62,788 nt of DNA from Candidatus Omnitrophota bacterium (lineage in GTDB: Bacteria; Omnitrophota; Gorgyraeia; Gygaellales; Profunditerraquicolaceae): positions 1-62,788 of the forward strand of contig JAHKAP010000035.1 of the NCBI GenBank assembly GCA_018825985.1, in the 5' to 3' direction. This document shows, piece after piece, positions 21,001 to 22,841 of this stretch. A model generated the notes under the pieces. It did not search any database. It was not told the origin of the DNA and saw nothing but the letters and a program-made list of their open reading frames with translations. Both the position numbers and the translations under genes were made by a program. Within the stretch, counting starts at the first letter, position 1, and each line of letters begins with the position of its first letter.

Positions 21001-21763
21001 GGATAAAATGTCGGATAAAAATAAGTTTTATGTAGGGAGTATTTCTTTAAGCCGGGAGATAGAAAATTCTGTAGAAGAACTATTAAAGTTTAAAGGATGG
21101 CTGGCGAGTCATAAAAGACGGGATTGGGTGGTTTTAAGCCGCATAATTTCAGCTGAGGCCTTAAATAGGCAAGGCAGATATTCCGAGGCTAAAGATGAAA
21201 TAGACACAGCTCTTTCTATGGAATACACCTCTGGGATAATGAAGAGCGATCCGGACACGAGCAGGTATTTTGCCCGAGGGTTCCATCTAAAGGCCAGCCT
21301 GGCCTTGTTTTTGGTTGAGGAATTATTATTCAAAGCGGAGTTAAAATGGGTCCGCGGAACAGTTTTCCAACCGGAAGATTTAGAAAACATTGAATATTTG
21401 TTTGAGCAGGCAGAAAATGATATCAAAATGGCTGAGATGGCGGATAAAAGTTATGTTGACGGAGTTAATCATTTGATGATGGAAGAATTATCTCTTAAGG
21501 CAGAGATAATTAAAAGAGATAGGTATGAACAGATGCCTTTGAGAGATAGCGCGCGGGTTTTGCATGGCGCCATAGCTTTAGCCTTGGGTAAAGAAAACAG
21601 GCGCAGGTTTAATCTCAAGGAATTAAAAAATGTTGATTCTGGAATAAATATTGCGCCGGTAGATATAGAGGGCCTTAAGGTATTAGGGATTATCGCTTCT
21701 ATAAATGACATGCGCGAAACATTTTATTACAGCGGGATGAGATTTATTGTTATTAGGCCGTAG
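56..21763 (+). CDS. giant mosaic multi-enzyme protein, >=7235 aa (5' end possibly outside the window)
   Basis: Single uninterrupted ORF of 21.7 kb ending at TAG 21761-21763. The same frame has no stop from nt 2, so the TTG at 56 is only the first in-window start candidate. It contains catalytic signatures of more than 12 unrelated enzyme families plus TM blocks, separated by about 30 copies of [A/S]-S-S-P-[V/I/A]. Confidence 0.85.
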   Translation: MIDYRIRQEKALTIVFIAQEATNLYLDEEPFLSQIWQYQGFLAGRKIAFWGYNFISRTIFGQYAGDPRIILLITKGPKDVLELISAGGDILSIVCKDVPRLVARMSPNGSSPIKDSFLDNTIKRFLEKLLSAAPYPAKLKEAEKIYPDTFDARELVDVLGLLKETIIDEIVVGLGGVSRVYLDKKIKEYLFIAIGVLRYRLMDAAKRGPIDLRHYQEIIRLMHFFTEDKRIAIDIETVKPQVSTAYHRLANQYFITGDLSQAEEYYRRAQYFSPEKAMSNLVRGNRFFRQAKFKEASWEYVRAKNLGVISPELRKIMRSNLGYTFEMLGENSFAVEEYRNALGLDPENYPLGLGIGLSLIRLGLYPEVLEDFSRKGLLEAENFAGLLNMPDSLTYLEMADKTIQFCSDKKLLPDKFLAELEDLVEALSIVSRQEFEGLSSSPIKLADAFVTKLPLLFTPEGANDFRKIKKALGNNSFNVLFGPAFGADVLLSLYLFDPSIILAVDMLAFGESKELGKSALSGIRDEYIKEKRCPGGFSWTSTLSRKIKVLGIPILLELELLGLKRKDINLAIKGRNTAEITFVLPKNIDSAGRLRKVVFFGGLDVNDLGSYPKTLKLLMNRIDACMYKAFSPFYIEAKTWDFILSGFRKSGVIVSDRGIFLTRKGRKRVSHTYHTEISFGHNHFYSWGRGGTFIYEVKAKTSSSPVGALMRTYSESTHKQSSSPIGSYDKEKIFLDPLSVGFPDEKFLVNGNLFDFSRRLILHLNFYNHNSGNLGGIELLLPGHLINYIYVEPKVRGQGLARAFLITLFKIIEDGWIEENLKMGMFNMYVRHPLLAKTLLRLGYGHTPVIGAEGFSTELILGKTLENKKVPVYIPDPVKRKDFIIYVSAAGEDYNMLFIEDKLIRGDAVRIYETYYLKDEDTFRKQVDNSSIRIKETVSKSIGTVGNGASSAVSPGGSYYAELFKTFVRTHQWTDIIELRRQLTSQFRFPNEFVHHLQDHKGKIQLAVLKVHNFKQQFIMRGYNLGVGHKLGAIAAAKVIRYQLRIALQEQIKRMVDNGLMPSETQCNIYNAGPKFRIIFRFSQDMTNEKAAQEILLGVLAEHSGFKEKVISGVKDRSGIAELLHHFSTKNFYMYGGVSSLHQAGISDLDTALSVADRIQQEAGKAANIVHIRYCADYKQLLSRLKEIGDFTISLYKMHKREVILRRLHQVILFQEKDAVETLSEEIQEEIIALEALGLDKELVDFDPVSDQFRHRVSFFEHGIENYEQWYRFLDTTRIEQSPELLFLRGVLYTSELSGAKDNILFGYSNFRRFINYILRHKVPYSFHAVFRMGVESDEFVALLWNAQEEKLALFCFDTSNTGDIGTFHGRRTANEMLDKMGLLLKRVFSQAVQKGSFKAWLMHIRQTLPGVLDKEFEDVSYRLTPVIYPLLQDEVLLKDVRRQVLSMLDRDSGALYKVRFTVPEKTGNRNYRPLIRDISGKEIAYSESDPPFFFESVGGYLKVVSNKFSILAVSLAEYNILKKKQLLVVDGGRDYDVAVWVKPAFSGGCLTLSTRHIRDFSRDFGDLQWPADYRAEYVKRRRIIPYQMLHYGALPAKKIIGTERVDISRISRKLPLFKEKPIQAGVALAILSRIEAEQKEIGGDGNVASSPMEQEMPLLAGDMHKEGLCVMSRAHHVIDFVCLPEDLIRKFAAGGNAMAQIYLEARNIGRDFSDDDWLDASKWEVFAMLGKMERAFLSQRDKLNAMQFRERLYSLYGICVVGMNLMDIWHCGPVSVGLARSLRGLGYDPRLFRNNKYASAMLEKFIHPERISKDDRFDHIFVVDNANGEGGIYIDFRAMQFLEEIKGVRDLLRETAVFLKNHQQSSSPVEKAGPSPYFQDSAKASQNGVVFRRVTPEAFSGTTLIFVHGKGVLDVYNYFTRLLRPSLRRQYLPHYDLVCWQEGSPLKQFLGLGFEMVSFPHATLNPKNILMNVEEISRKIFIPAIERIFQTQPFLKGGKIVVVGYSFGAILASYNSGFLRNRGVSGLALINPVFSFNKGVSEWMRLQTVLFWDILSRIYLRDYRKGIHRQLIRGTPENKALMEKINAEIKQWEENEVILVSTFTKEGRPVARKNKGWIEDMLDRLATPETDGVTELAGFDAGAKNIPVIKIEGVDHSGALWGQDKRVLSIVSNFCLNRSPSISPIVFNASSEQRNFIAALTQKEPGFSHLPKAEIIKRSRIRGYSNFMQVYETEDCPGLVFKIPNPSDGLILYPQEAACMQIIADRMISREVRIGGWRLVKIVPFVPVAYVDGIIVQQKAIPVYKQGRTESWLSITGRITQKLEKNRIRYRFPDWLKYENGDIGWVGKEDGSGDVEPAILDNGLFFPLEFVEALRQRAEEAVDILPLEEITQVIGRLGYYSASFLKICYEKQTYDWMAPSRHDLEFAGRYWKEIFGGTTYKEAIAKVIGTMKTKYASSPAGRDSPSIKKPGLRNAVKILGEEASDCFIRCRVLIEKTAGHLRSLLPKKQYSDKYFKPNDENLSTLVVIRPLFGGRSGVNAAHRAVNFVDGNLIVTDEHHRILEYLTGGDSVLSFDYDLDNLRQYSNKKTTVIAPADQTNWVVWAKFKGCKVWLCIPSWRIKGIDSLLDDPEKDFERIFSNIDEIPTITGDVVVTFCLDYFANRFMPQGVEGPDYERDEMRPLFDEIEGQIRSIANVLKEREIVVKFVHLSISSQYAYEEYKDFVIQELKEHIVPLLGLYSSSSSGPTIRDTLEISREDDPRHNRHSSSSPILESGSKSDKLTDKEKIRNLLGAVRRRGDSRNMVYYHVKMAVFALLLAGLNQFLFGWNPISILLCAGLIVSIEGPLFFFGILLMRVRLYGSNETLNVITMCREECVTYNLNSAIMRFHKDYLLSPLALILFSEYLGLIEQDFLFWSTSVMLINAGVANTVSELIDTKLYWKDIYRELFGSVSARSSVGGKGQGRSSSPAAASSPTIQGRHKRKSPSLQFNSLAEQLRPVKAKNEARELPIQVEQIAGSLKDRNLWGTQNKPIIVVFDAHGTLLEPTWKFEIADVYHDITGRDIGEGLVWVEQNAMNENIDTIAQRLSIASEISKEDIIRLLDERMRHYHLNYIPKARPYALEFIKALNILGIPLFIRTGSDTDLTISQLKINGLLDFIPQEHIVGSERNKGLRSSDTIEALHRQFQNHRIVYFDDWVGAGKKLVEIGGVFFGLPQGPTVESNEFQGNREALIADGANYILSGWQDYEEIIKLISVDKEAQNRDEAIPVAEGAAKELYPIIPAARPNKISLFIDISRDSDITYHYMENDPLAFGINGKANYDDLVLKLQKIVTIPDARLITPQKYIDTRLEPSIRNLLNQLLAGQKRYTRFMDVIVSWDAAIDKNVWTTNRDTIYFLDIVDKEGVFEDDTVERLLEIGVGGGQISATSAKRFVNLKSLSVSDISIYALRCSYKNILPYMKNGLDLHFYWGKGIRTINEYFDVIFINPPYIRIPPWRKQDNKDPYRGTGLIREILEIGVQKLNRHNPNVRIFINVSSLAEKDLIRYVDELDGEFILSSLGPRLNLPFKHAQFLIQKSGNYLDVPLKVQAVDEKWRQWLIEEGGLEYRKDVEDHMEPYWHTLQMYMIKPARASSSPAAKAGAKNISVLNRYAPKDKFRVRIYSGKEDDFWSFQESLRQWLKYKYGKFRFDTVKDDSGRIIKTPLLRKFITGIVNGNTYSNYRYISICNDNTLLAMQGIELHPDKNNPLRMRKFVAAKTVISPFIRQDKKYDTEKLLARLFSAVIGFSKNNGFGGKIWGITVSTAILRHLEGCGAVIIPFKLISGIRSYIYILEPEAAERYLESRHYASSPAQFLQSLFISLEPLGLNRLIEVKNKHGFEAAFFARIRKKAGKEEKIFVFRYRASENSGFAGAYKIRDFACYEIATGQDQEIFAGGLTYVIPPLGSQTAYTWVRQQYLSFLRYYPGMQEHAFFVAEPYRRQYFLGNGLLALAVQYMKRCDRLSVYNYAYWTPSSMAVLLKLLPDMTPWLSISHFKNERSLETLRVIREKGKSIILSSWLKNAFSPIALNPLADKQLYASSLRRSSSPAQKPASSPAVNAIYDASQPYPRWHLLESIISTGKQGDIIRERGAAYCIYVSIFDALKKKGALIHADIVLSKERAREIVLFASEKAEIALQDDAYRQKNIIAVILRSEYDMTSIEFNYSWVFSDIGLPSLPTDIHPSWQFNKIIFSVGRGEISALGGDGGILHSVNLGDIRGTLSGDGAERSALRPSESEGVLRDAGSRIEGPIVRSSSPAASPLGRSSSPIRRRKISKSPFIKERPKFLLIIYKSIVGSLATIAFLISLDAFFGQYFFEAVIVAAVFTITAALYKKRKDRIQRERRTFYIRKWPNNTNRKDNASSPVADLSSSSFNFPVDFSHAAGEWIPVSTGEMVFKATVGSILIDGKNVLLSQPLCVCKKILSNPGFALCRNIVAVLLDEYFRKKNEYTIAHIPIPGGWFKEGYFYFFVRGTDGFSWEVMTLEGRENIQMQEWNICKGLFWKFGIDIGYDIVNAEDALSKNIIIEGYDIEQLYLTCSLSKYWTRIDFGYESLPVRLNRLQEAIREDKASLRKVLGWRFKLLECAAYGIEREFTPQQKTLFEKLFGRYQLEELEQYIYSHNIVSSPVTGDTFELSRKDVPRLAAKASLKILGEAVDIIESFADHRFKLYLTGSLAREIIRGSKDFKVTDVDLALGLSGRLERYLEALASIQTQLNLEFADNVHLAAVRYGRLYKINDELKIKDTGEILGEGIYDRASAENRRKLVLIQIDRNFKVFLQRMIGERLKINSALEVQAVFPMHIRPFVLLCEIASAIKETRGIDIYITILNEIKEEVLKVSQALGDIKEANRDKAAWPVMEAVEPYRSYAHGVFYVSQTHYFRCEFFSPEGEPVHPDNDISSLLQQFLSNTIIGRNGIKIDVSFPADEPDKEITEAQKAEIFALIGYLSPIRENTSDSNNSSSPIPENNFINTEKVGEKLNQYQFDHHFEMLQRWMHMYPVICGDSVHTICKFLSETFHHDFSTKEENSFPYLEFAFVVFTGDFAARRLWDIVRSMVYAGNDKDLRLHLCLKIYFSETNSYLIDGAANVYDKTYDRKIAFLPYEQALNELGYKEKGLFSDPLKLLQFLKIVSVSSPVTFPTAKGTKFHNIIEPGRKGFWQAQDPVKLVCADCVGTVFFTRERNIYLALTDPQAYKQDILNQWEGYGCFDASRIFDKNTKALISHVMRRSIPAVSLKAYLISQGLIEQNIQIDPAPEGINEFVENMILYVWPDKALKVAYDIPRIFRSPYIVVNRYWLDFGFTLLRISSSPITETVSKSIGTVGNGASSPIATRVIKPGVPVGTSVYRITKPEQLRQFIGEGVAKVKEYWDHAVAYKITGNRERLSAYAFIYTYIRGVKVNGLYQSVGGTRHKRYPNEVDAIIDGLELSRDMTYKNALAGIPLGGAKAVLMNKDKEILKIFALTLEALGVMLTGQDVGISEEDVNYMAGFGPHVICGTPDRALGGEPTAPYTSLGLYHATIEMIKVAHERRILSFHSPNLKDYGFGLQGLGAVGSRVLEHLLNAGARVYATDEKSFVMASIAREHCEAISSGQLILVRPQEIYKVKGAQIFLPCALGGVLNNVTIPWLSDAGCKMIISGANNDLDKPEEYYSHLILEKGMIHMPGFGANSGGVLAALCKVGGYDLIEKVTQGIPARVRQIVEISLDERRPSYVVAKEIAKKIVRHSKIDWQAREQAASPVTRYSADEAVKRWIYLWQEIKSGQKLGFKCKDMPLCLNIALNIIKPLDSSEPQQSIRLTVVDLGHKRNKVQAWLTYHYDKQIRLLTLAEIKGSRRVKGLGAVLVLEAISRHREAEQVVFSRPKKKGRILIKKLEYVGIICSVETIVQQGRLWRILGSHFADNKRAYIIWVRLTNLTTATSFVSSSPAASPVENENVEYLSVESKIMEGRQDIIDALSKGKQPPLFEVQFHPSAICNNRCLGCIGTAINAIIKSDGRNCNALLLSREQFSKAFADIREYNAYITRIPGQRPVERLIFSGLTGEPTCNRYAIDALREAAELGFHNTLLTNGRLLNNDRKKEIVITSVNDIIVSLYGATAKAYGFVAGVDESAFRPLIENIRGLVQIRNIRKLGSKIGIAFLIERGNYKGVIAATKIAYELGVDFIRFRAIMQANERMLAPEQWKECEEGLSFAREKYETDSFKVMVTSDDKKTSPNAEKSCLNCVACQIMPVIGPDFKVYPCPHLSYFGAEDYGSLENSSLIEILTGERSKRLIERIVSNPTDIVCSPRRSRINELFKTIKSGSSSSPVGSTFGSRFLVLTSTEHRAPSTEGAASPFGQLSAIIRQLSAKYSSNSLPAQPTGSGLFAEIFLHRPNDKSSEFEGKYFLIHTNDLPFFRNEVRNLPVVEGIVTHLSVGIGRARKNGLKYAGVAIPAPGTKYGFVIKGNRCASSSPAALPLAHRAQFYHKSSSAIELDRNDLSSRLQAQAVSRLEGGFKQNNWYAIKFNSSEKLIIDKAQSRVEKLLSPYYRKQLVRWRPVDPHEWGLIFITPITAWFSPFVYLTYKGRFKSDLDNQDHFIRIRIGMSEQDLFRVTAHEKIHSLIHSGALEIDEDKEMVLAEAIALIALFQEYGIIEPDYFNLSGTPPMIVAAIKEGEFLVNNGEFSIIEIRQRAALREEYYYKASYCFIARMVGRLTHVTFNSEPYLTYIYQRMLTGAVLKAIRTKTQEGNVYQEAVSLLISMSTGLQDFFESDYSIRRKLSAQRSSGVDFKFSVSADADPQGQEPGQTVSSSPVIIKEQTQCPEQLGNSFPFGAVVGMLLRVAHSSSPVNDINQESLYNTVNLILELGEPKNYPLALVLLDELFKYDPQDIRIKDIYLDLAGHKRGYVENAIDKLEEIINTPDFFSPVAHYIRAILNFDKGNFKECIADLDEAVRLSKGVENRTRYIFEKIRYLDKMSDKNKFYVGSISLSREIENSVEELLKFKGWLASHKRRDWVVLSRIISAEALNRQGRYSEAKDEIDTALSMEYTSGIMKSDPDTSRYFARGFHLKASLALFLVEELLFKAELKWVRGTVFQPEDLENIEYLFEQAENDIKMAEMADKSYVDGVNHLMMEELSLKAEIIKRDRYEQMPLRDSARVLHGAIALALGKENRRRFNLKELKNVDSGINIAPVDIEGLKVLGIIASINDMRETFYYSGMRFIVIRP
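785..1110 (+). other. TPR-like repeat module (giant ORF)
   Basis: AYHRLANQYFITGDLSQAEEYYRRAQYFSPE ... AVEEYRNALGLDPENYP shows 34-aa helical repeat patterning typical of TPR. Confidence 0.5.
2270..2600 (+). other. GNAT-type acetyltransferase-like module (giant ORF)
   Basis: LINYIYVEPKVRGQGLARAFLITLF matches GNAT motif A (R-G-x-G-x-A), followed by LLRLGY. The module is bounded by SSSPI (nt 2216) and by the repeat plus ASS motif (nt 2860-2911). Confidence 0.55.
2860..2911 (+). repeat. GGAAAC-T-GTTTCC / GGGACAGTGGG repeat, copy 1 (in frame in giant ORF; translated ETVSKSIGTVGNGASS)
   Basis: ggaaactgtttccaaatcaatcgggacagtgggtaatggcgccagctcggcgg differs at only about 3 of 52 nt from the copy at 16090-16141. 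Confidence 0.9.
2990..3400 (+). other. possible degenerate GGDEF-like (nucleotidyl-cyclase palm) module (giant ORF)
   Basis: LAVLKVHNFKQQFIMRGYNLGVGHKLGAIAAAKV ... IYNAGPKFRIIFRF follows the GGDEF layout (DxFKxxND..GH..GD ... RxGGDEF), but the signature is AGPKF. By-eye call only. Confidence 0.3.
5300..5570 (+). other. transglutaminase-like cysteine peptidase core (giant ORF)
   Basis: MDIWHCGPVSVGLARSLRGLGYDPRL ... FDHIFVVDNANGEGGIYIDF has Cys, His and Asp in the order and spacing of transglutaminase-like cores. Confidence 0.4.
5750..6545 (+). other. alpha/beta-hydrolase module (giant ORF)
   Basis: LIFVHGKG, VVVGYSFGAILA (G-x-S-x-G nucleophile elbow, nt 6068-6082) and IEGVDHSGAL (His). The module starts right after SSSPV at nt 5651. 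Confidence 0.6.
8465..8870 (+). other. multi-pass transmembrane module (giant ORF)
   Basis: Hydrophobic stretches VKMAVFALLLAGLNQFLFGW, ISILLCAGLIVSIEGPLFFFGILLM, LLSPLALILFSEYLGLI and FLFWSTSVMLINAGVA, bounded by SSSSPI (8354) and SSSPAAASSP (8951). Confidence 0.6.
9150..9815 (+). other. HAD-superfamily hydrolase-like module (giant ORF)
   Basis: IIVVFDAHGTLLEP (motif I variant D-x-H), FIRTGSDTD and VYFDDWVGAGKK. Confidence 0.5.
10130..10700 (+). other. SAM-dependent methyltransferase module, NPPY type (HemK/PrmC or N6-adenine-like) (giant ORF)
   Basis: LEIGVGGGQISA (SAM motif I, nt ~10298-10330) and DVIFINPPYI (NPPY motif, nt 10508-10522). Confidence 0.65.
13018..13160 (+). other. two-helix transmembrane module (giant ORF)
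   Basis: FLLIIYKSIVGSLATIAFLISL and FFEAVIVAAVFTITAALY flanked by basic residues. The module lies between SSSPI (12956) and ASSPV (13244). Confidence 0.6.
14050..14450 (+). other. Pol-beta-type nucleotidyltransferase module (giant ORF)
   Basis: KLYLTGSLAREIIRGSKDFKVTDVDLALGL matches the G-S-x(n)-D-x-D signature. Confidence 0.55.
16090..16141 (+). repeat. GGAAAC-T-GTTTCC / GGGACAGTGGG repeat, copy 2 (in frame; ETVSKSIGTVGNGASSP)
   Basis: ggaaactgtttccaagtcaatcgggacagtgggtaatggggccagctcgccg, flanked by SSSPI (16073) and ASSPI (16130). Confidence 0.9.
16200..17330 (+). other. Glu/Leu/Phe/Val (ELFV) amino-acid dehydrogenase module (giant ORF)
   Basis: GGTRHKRYPNEVDAIIDGLELSRDMTYKNALAGIPLGGAKAVL (ELFV catalytic Lys/Gly-rich motif) and the Rossmann stretch GLQGLGAVGSRVLEHLLNAGARVYATD. 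Bounded by ASSPI (16130) and AASPV (17360). Confidence 0.75.
17560..17760 (+). other. possible second GNAT-like module (giant ORF)
   Basis: LLTLAEIKGSRRVKGLGAVLVLEAISRH resembles GNAT motif A. Weak by-eye call. Confidence 0.3.
17990..19040 (+). other. radical SAM module with C-terminal Cys-rich (SPASM-like) region (giant ORF)
   Basis: FHPSAICNNRCLGCIG contains CxxxCxxC (nt 18071-18094), GLTGEPT, and the C-terminal CLNCVACQIMPVIGPDFKVYPCPH. Bounded by SSSPAASPV (17915) and SSSSPV (19052). Confidence 0.7.
19082..19191 (+). repeat. blocks of heptanucleotide tandem repeats inside giant ORF
   Basis: (GGTTCTC/GGTTTCT)x3 at 19082-19102, (GCACCGA)x4 at 19107-19134, and (CAGCTAT)-type x5 at 19157-19191. 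The AASP linker at 19142 lies between blocks. Confidence 0.9.
19510..20500 (+). other. HExxH zinc-metallopeptidase-like module (giant ORF)
   Basis: RVTAHEKIHSLIH carries HEKIH at nt 19925-19939. Bounded by ASSSPA (19487) and SSSPV (20507). Confidence 0.45.
20538..20572 (-). repeat. same repeat, copy 3, inverted orientation, still in frame in giant ORF (translated QCPEQLGNSFPF)
   Basis: cccagtgtcccgaacaactcggaaacagtttcccc is the reverse complement of copy 5 with about 2 mismatches. It is flanked by identical 14-mers tcctcttcgccggt at 20507 and 20612. Confidence 0.85.
20630..21760 (+). other. C-terminal TPR-like helical repeat module (giant ORF)
   Basis: ALVLLDELFKYDPQDIRIKDIYLDLAG, AHYIRAILNFDKGNFKECIADLDEAVRLS and AEALNRQGRYSEAKDEIDTALSME. 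Confidence 0.5.
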
Positions 21764-21792
21764 CTATGGAGTTAAATTATTTCAATAAATCA

Positions 21793-21820
21793 TTGCAATA
21801 TACGCGATTTTTAATATAAT
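21793..21820 (+). promoter_or_regulatory. sigma70-like promoter upstream of the tandem-PilZ gene
   Basis: TTGCAA (21793-21798), 16-nt spacer, TATAAT (21815-21820). The gene start at TTG 21833 would leave a very short leader. Confidence 0.4.
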
Positions 21821-21832
21821 AAAAGAAAGCCC

Positions 21833-22543
21833 TTGAATACTAAAGAGCAGCGTAATAACGTTAGGTGGCATATTAGCCGGCCGATTAAAATAAAATTGGA
21901 CGGCGTGGGTGATTTTGTCGATTGTCAACTGATCAATATTAATTATAAAGGCTTGCAACTATCTCTGGGGCCTAAGGTTATTGAGAAAGACCAGTTTCTG
22001 AATTTGAGTATTTTGCTGGACGATAATTTTACCCTGGATATAGAAACATGGGTGGTCTGGCACAGGGTTATAGATAACAGGAATCTCTACGGGTTTTATT
22101 TTATCAAAATAAAAGATAGCGATAAAGACAGTCTTTTTAAATTCGTTTTTAAATACGCGCCCCAAGAGGTAAACAAACATTGGTGGGAAGGCCTTAAAGC
22201 AGGAGAGGAAATTATGACGCAGAGCCAGAATTTTGAGGATAAAAGAGTATTTGCGCGTTTTCCTATGGAGTTATCTCTAAGGTTTCTTGAACCAAGCGCT
22301 ACTCGGGAAGGTTTGGCCAGATCGGTGGATATAAGCTCTAAGGGGTTGGGTTTGGTTACAGAAGAAAAATTAGTACCTGATACTTCTTTAGAGATGTGGC
22401 TGAGCGTTCCGGATCGGCCCGAACCTCTTTATACCCGGGGCCAGGTAATCTGGTCAGAAGGATCTGGCGCCTCTGGTTTTCGCTGTGGAATTAAGCTGGA
22501 GCGGGCGGATTTGATGAGCCTGACCAGGAATTTCAAGGGTTGA
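21833..22543 (+). CDS. tandem PilZ-domain protein (c-di-GMP receptor family)
   Basis: Two PilZ signatures: RNNVR ... NINYKG, and RVFAR ... DISSKGLGL (RxxxR + D/NxSxxG). The TTG start is uncertain. Confidence 0.7.
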   Translation: MNTKEQRNNVRWHISRPIKIKLDGVGDFVDCQLININYKGLQLSLGPKVIEKDQFLNLSILLDDNFTLDIETWVVWHRVIDNRNLYGFYFIKIKDSDKDSLFKFVFKYAPQEVNKHWWEGLKAGEEIMTQSQNFEDKRVFARFPMELSLRFLEPSATREGLARSVDISSKGLGLVTEEKLVPDTSLEMWLSVPDRPEPLYTRGQVIWSEGSGASGFRCGIKLERADLMSLTRNFKG

Positions 22544-22553
22544 GGCAAGACAG

Positions 22554-22829
22554 ATGAAAGAAAAGCGTAAATTTAACCGGATAAATAAAAAAGACGATGC
22601 GTTTTACCATAAAGGCGATGGCAAGAAAGAAAAATGTATAGTCTTGGATATTTCTGCCGGCGGGATGAAAGTAGCTTTAGACAATAAATTAGAGCCGGGT
22701 AACTCAATTTTTGGCCAATTTCAAATCTTGCCTGGATTAGGGCACTTTTATATCTGCGGAGAAGTAGTCTGGGTTAAGGGAAGGGAAGTCGGAGTTAAAT
22801 TTAATAAAGTAAGCACAATCCCGCTTTAG
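22554..22829 (+). CDS. single PilZ-domain protein
   Basis: RKFNR ... DISAGGMKV (RxxxR + DxSxxG). ATG start with an upstream GAGG. Confidence 0.7.
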   Translation: MKEKRKFNRINKKDDAFYHKGDGKKEKCIVLDISAGGMKVALDNKLEPGNSIFGQFQILPGLGHFYICGEVVWVKGREVGVKFNKVSTIPL

Positions 22830-22841
22830 ATCATTACCCGG

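Noticed and set aside
1264-21711. About 40 short ORFs (60-128 aa) listed on the minus strand or in other frames within nt 1264-21711 (for example 1264..1605, 6244..6603, 9581..9967, 21109..21426).
   Set aside because: All lie entirely inside the 21.7-kb ORF. They have no recognisable motifs, and many are Ser/Leu/Arg-rich mirror translations. They are best explained as chance antisense or off-frame ORFs.
56-21763. The giant ORF as an NRPS/PKS megasynthase, or as an adhesin/RHS/toxin-type repeat protein.
   Set aside because: I find no condensation (HHxxxDG), adenylation, PCP/ACP (GGxS/DSL) or KS/AT signatures. There are also no tandem Ig/cadherin/YD-type repeats. The modules are mutually unrelated enzymes.
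56-21763. The giant ORF as an artefact of an alternative genetic code or of stop-codon reassignment.
   Set aside because: All 37 other genes in the window terminate and translate normally with the standard code, and the ORF contains no stop of any of the three kinds over 21.7 kb. Code reassignment is therefore not needed to explain it. Assembly chimerism cannot be excluded from sequence alone.
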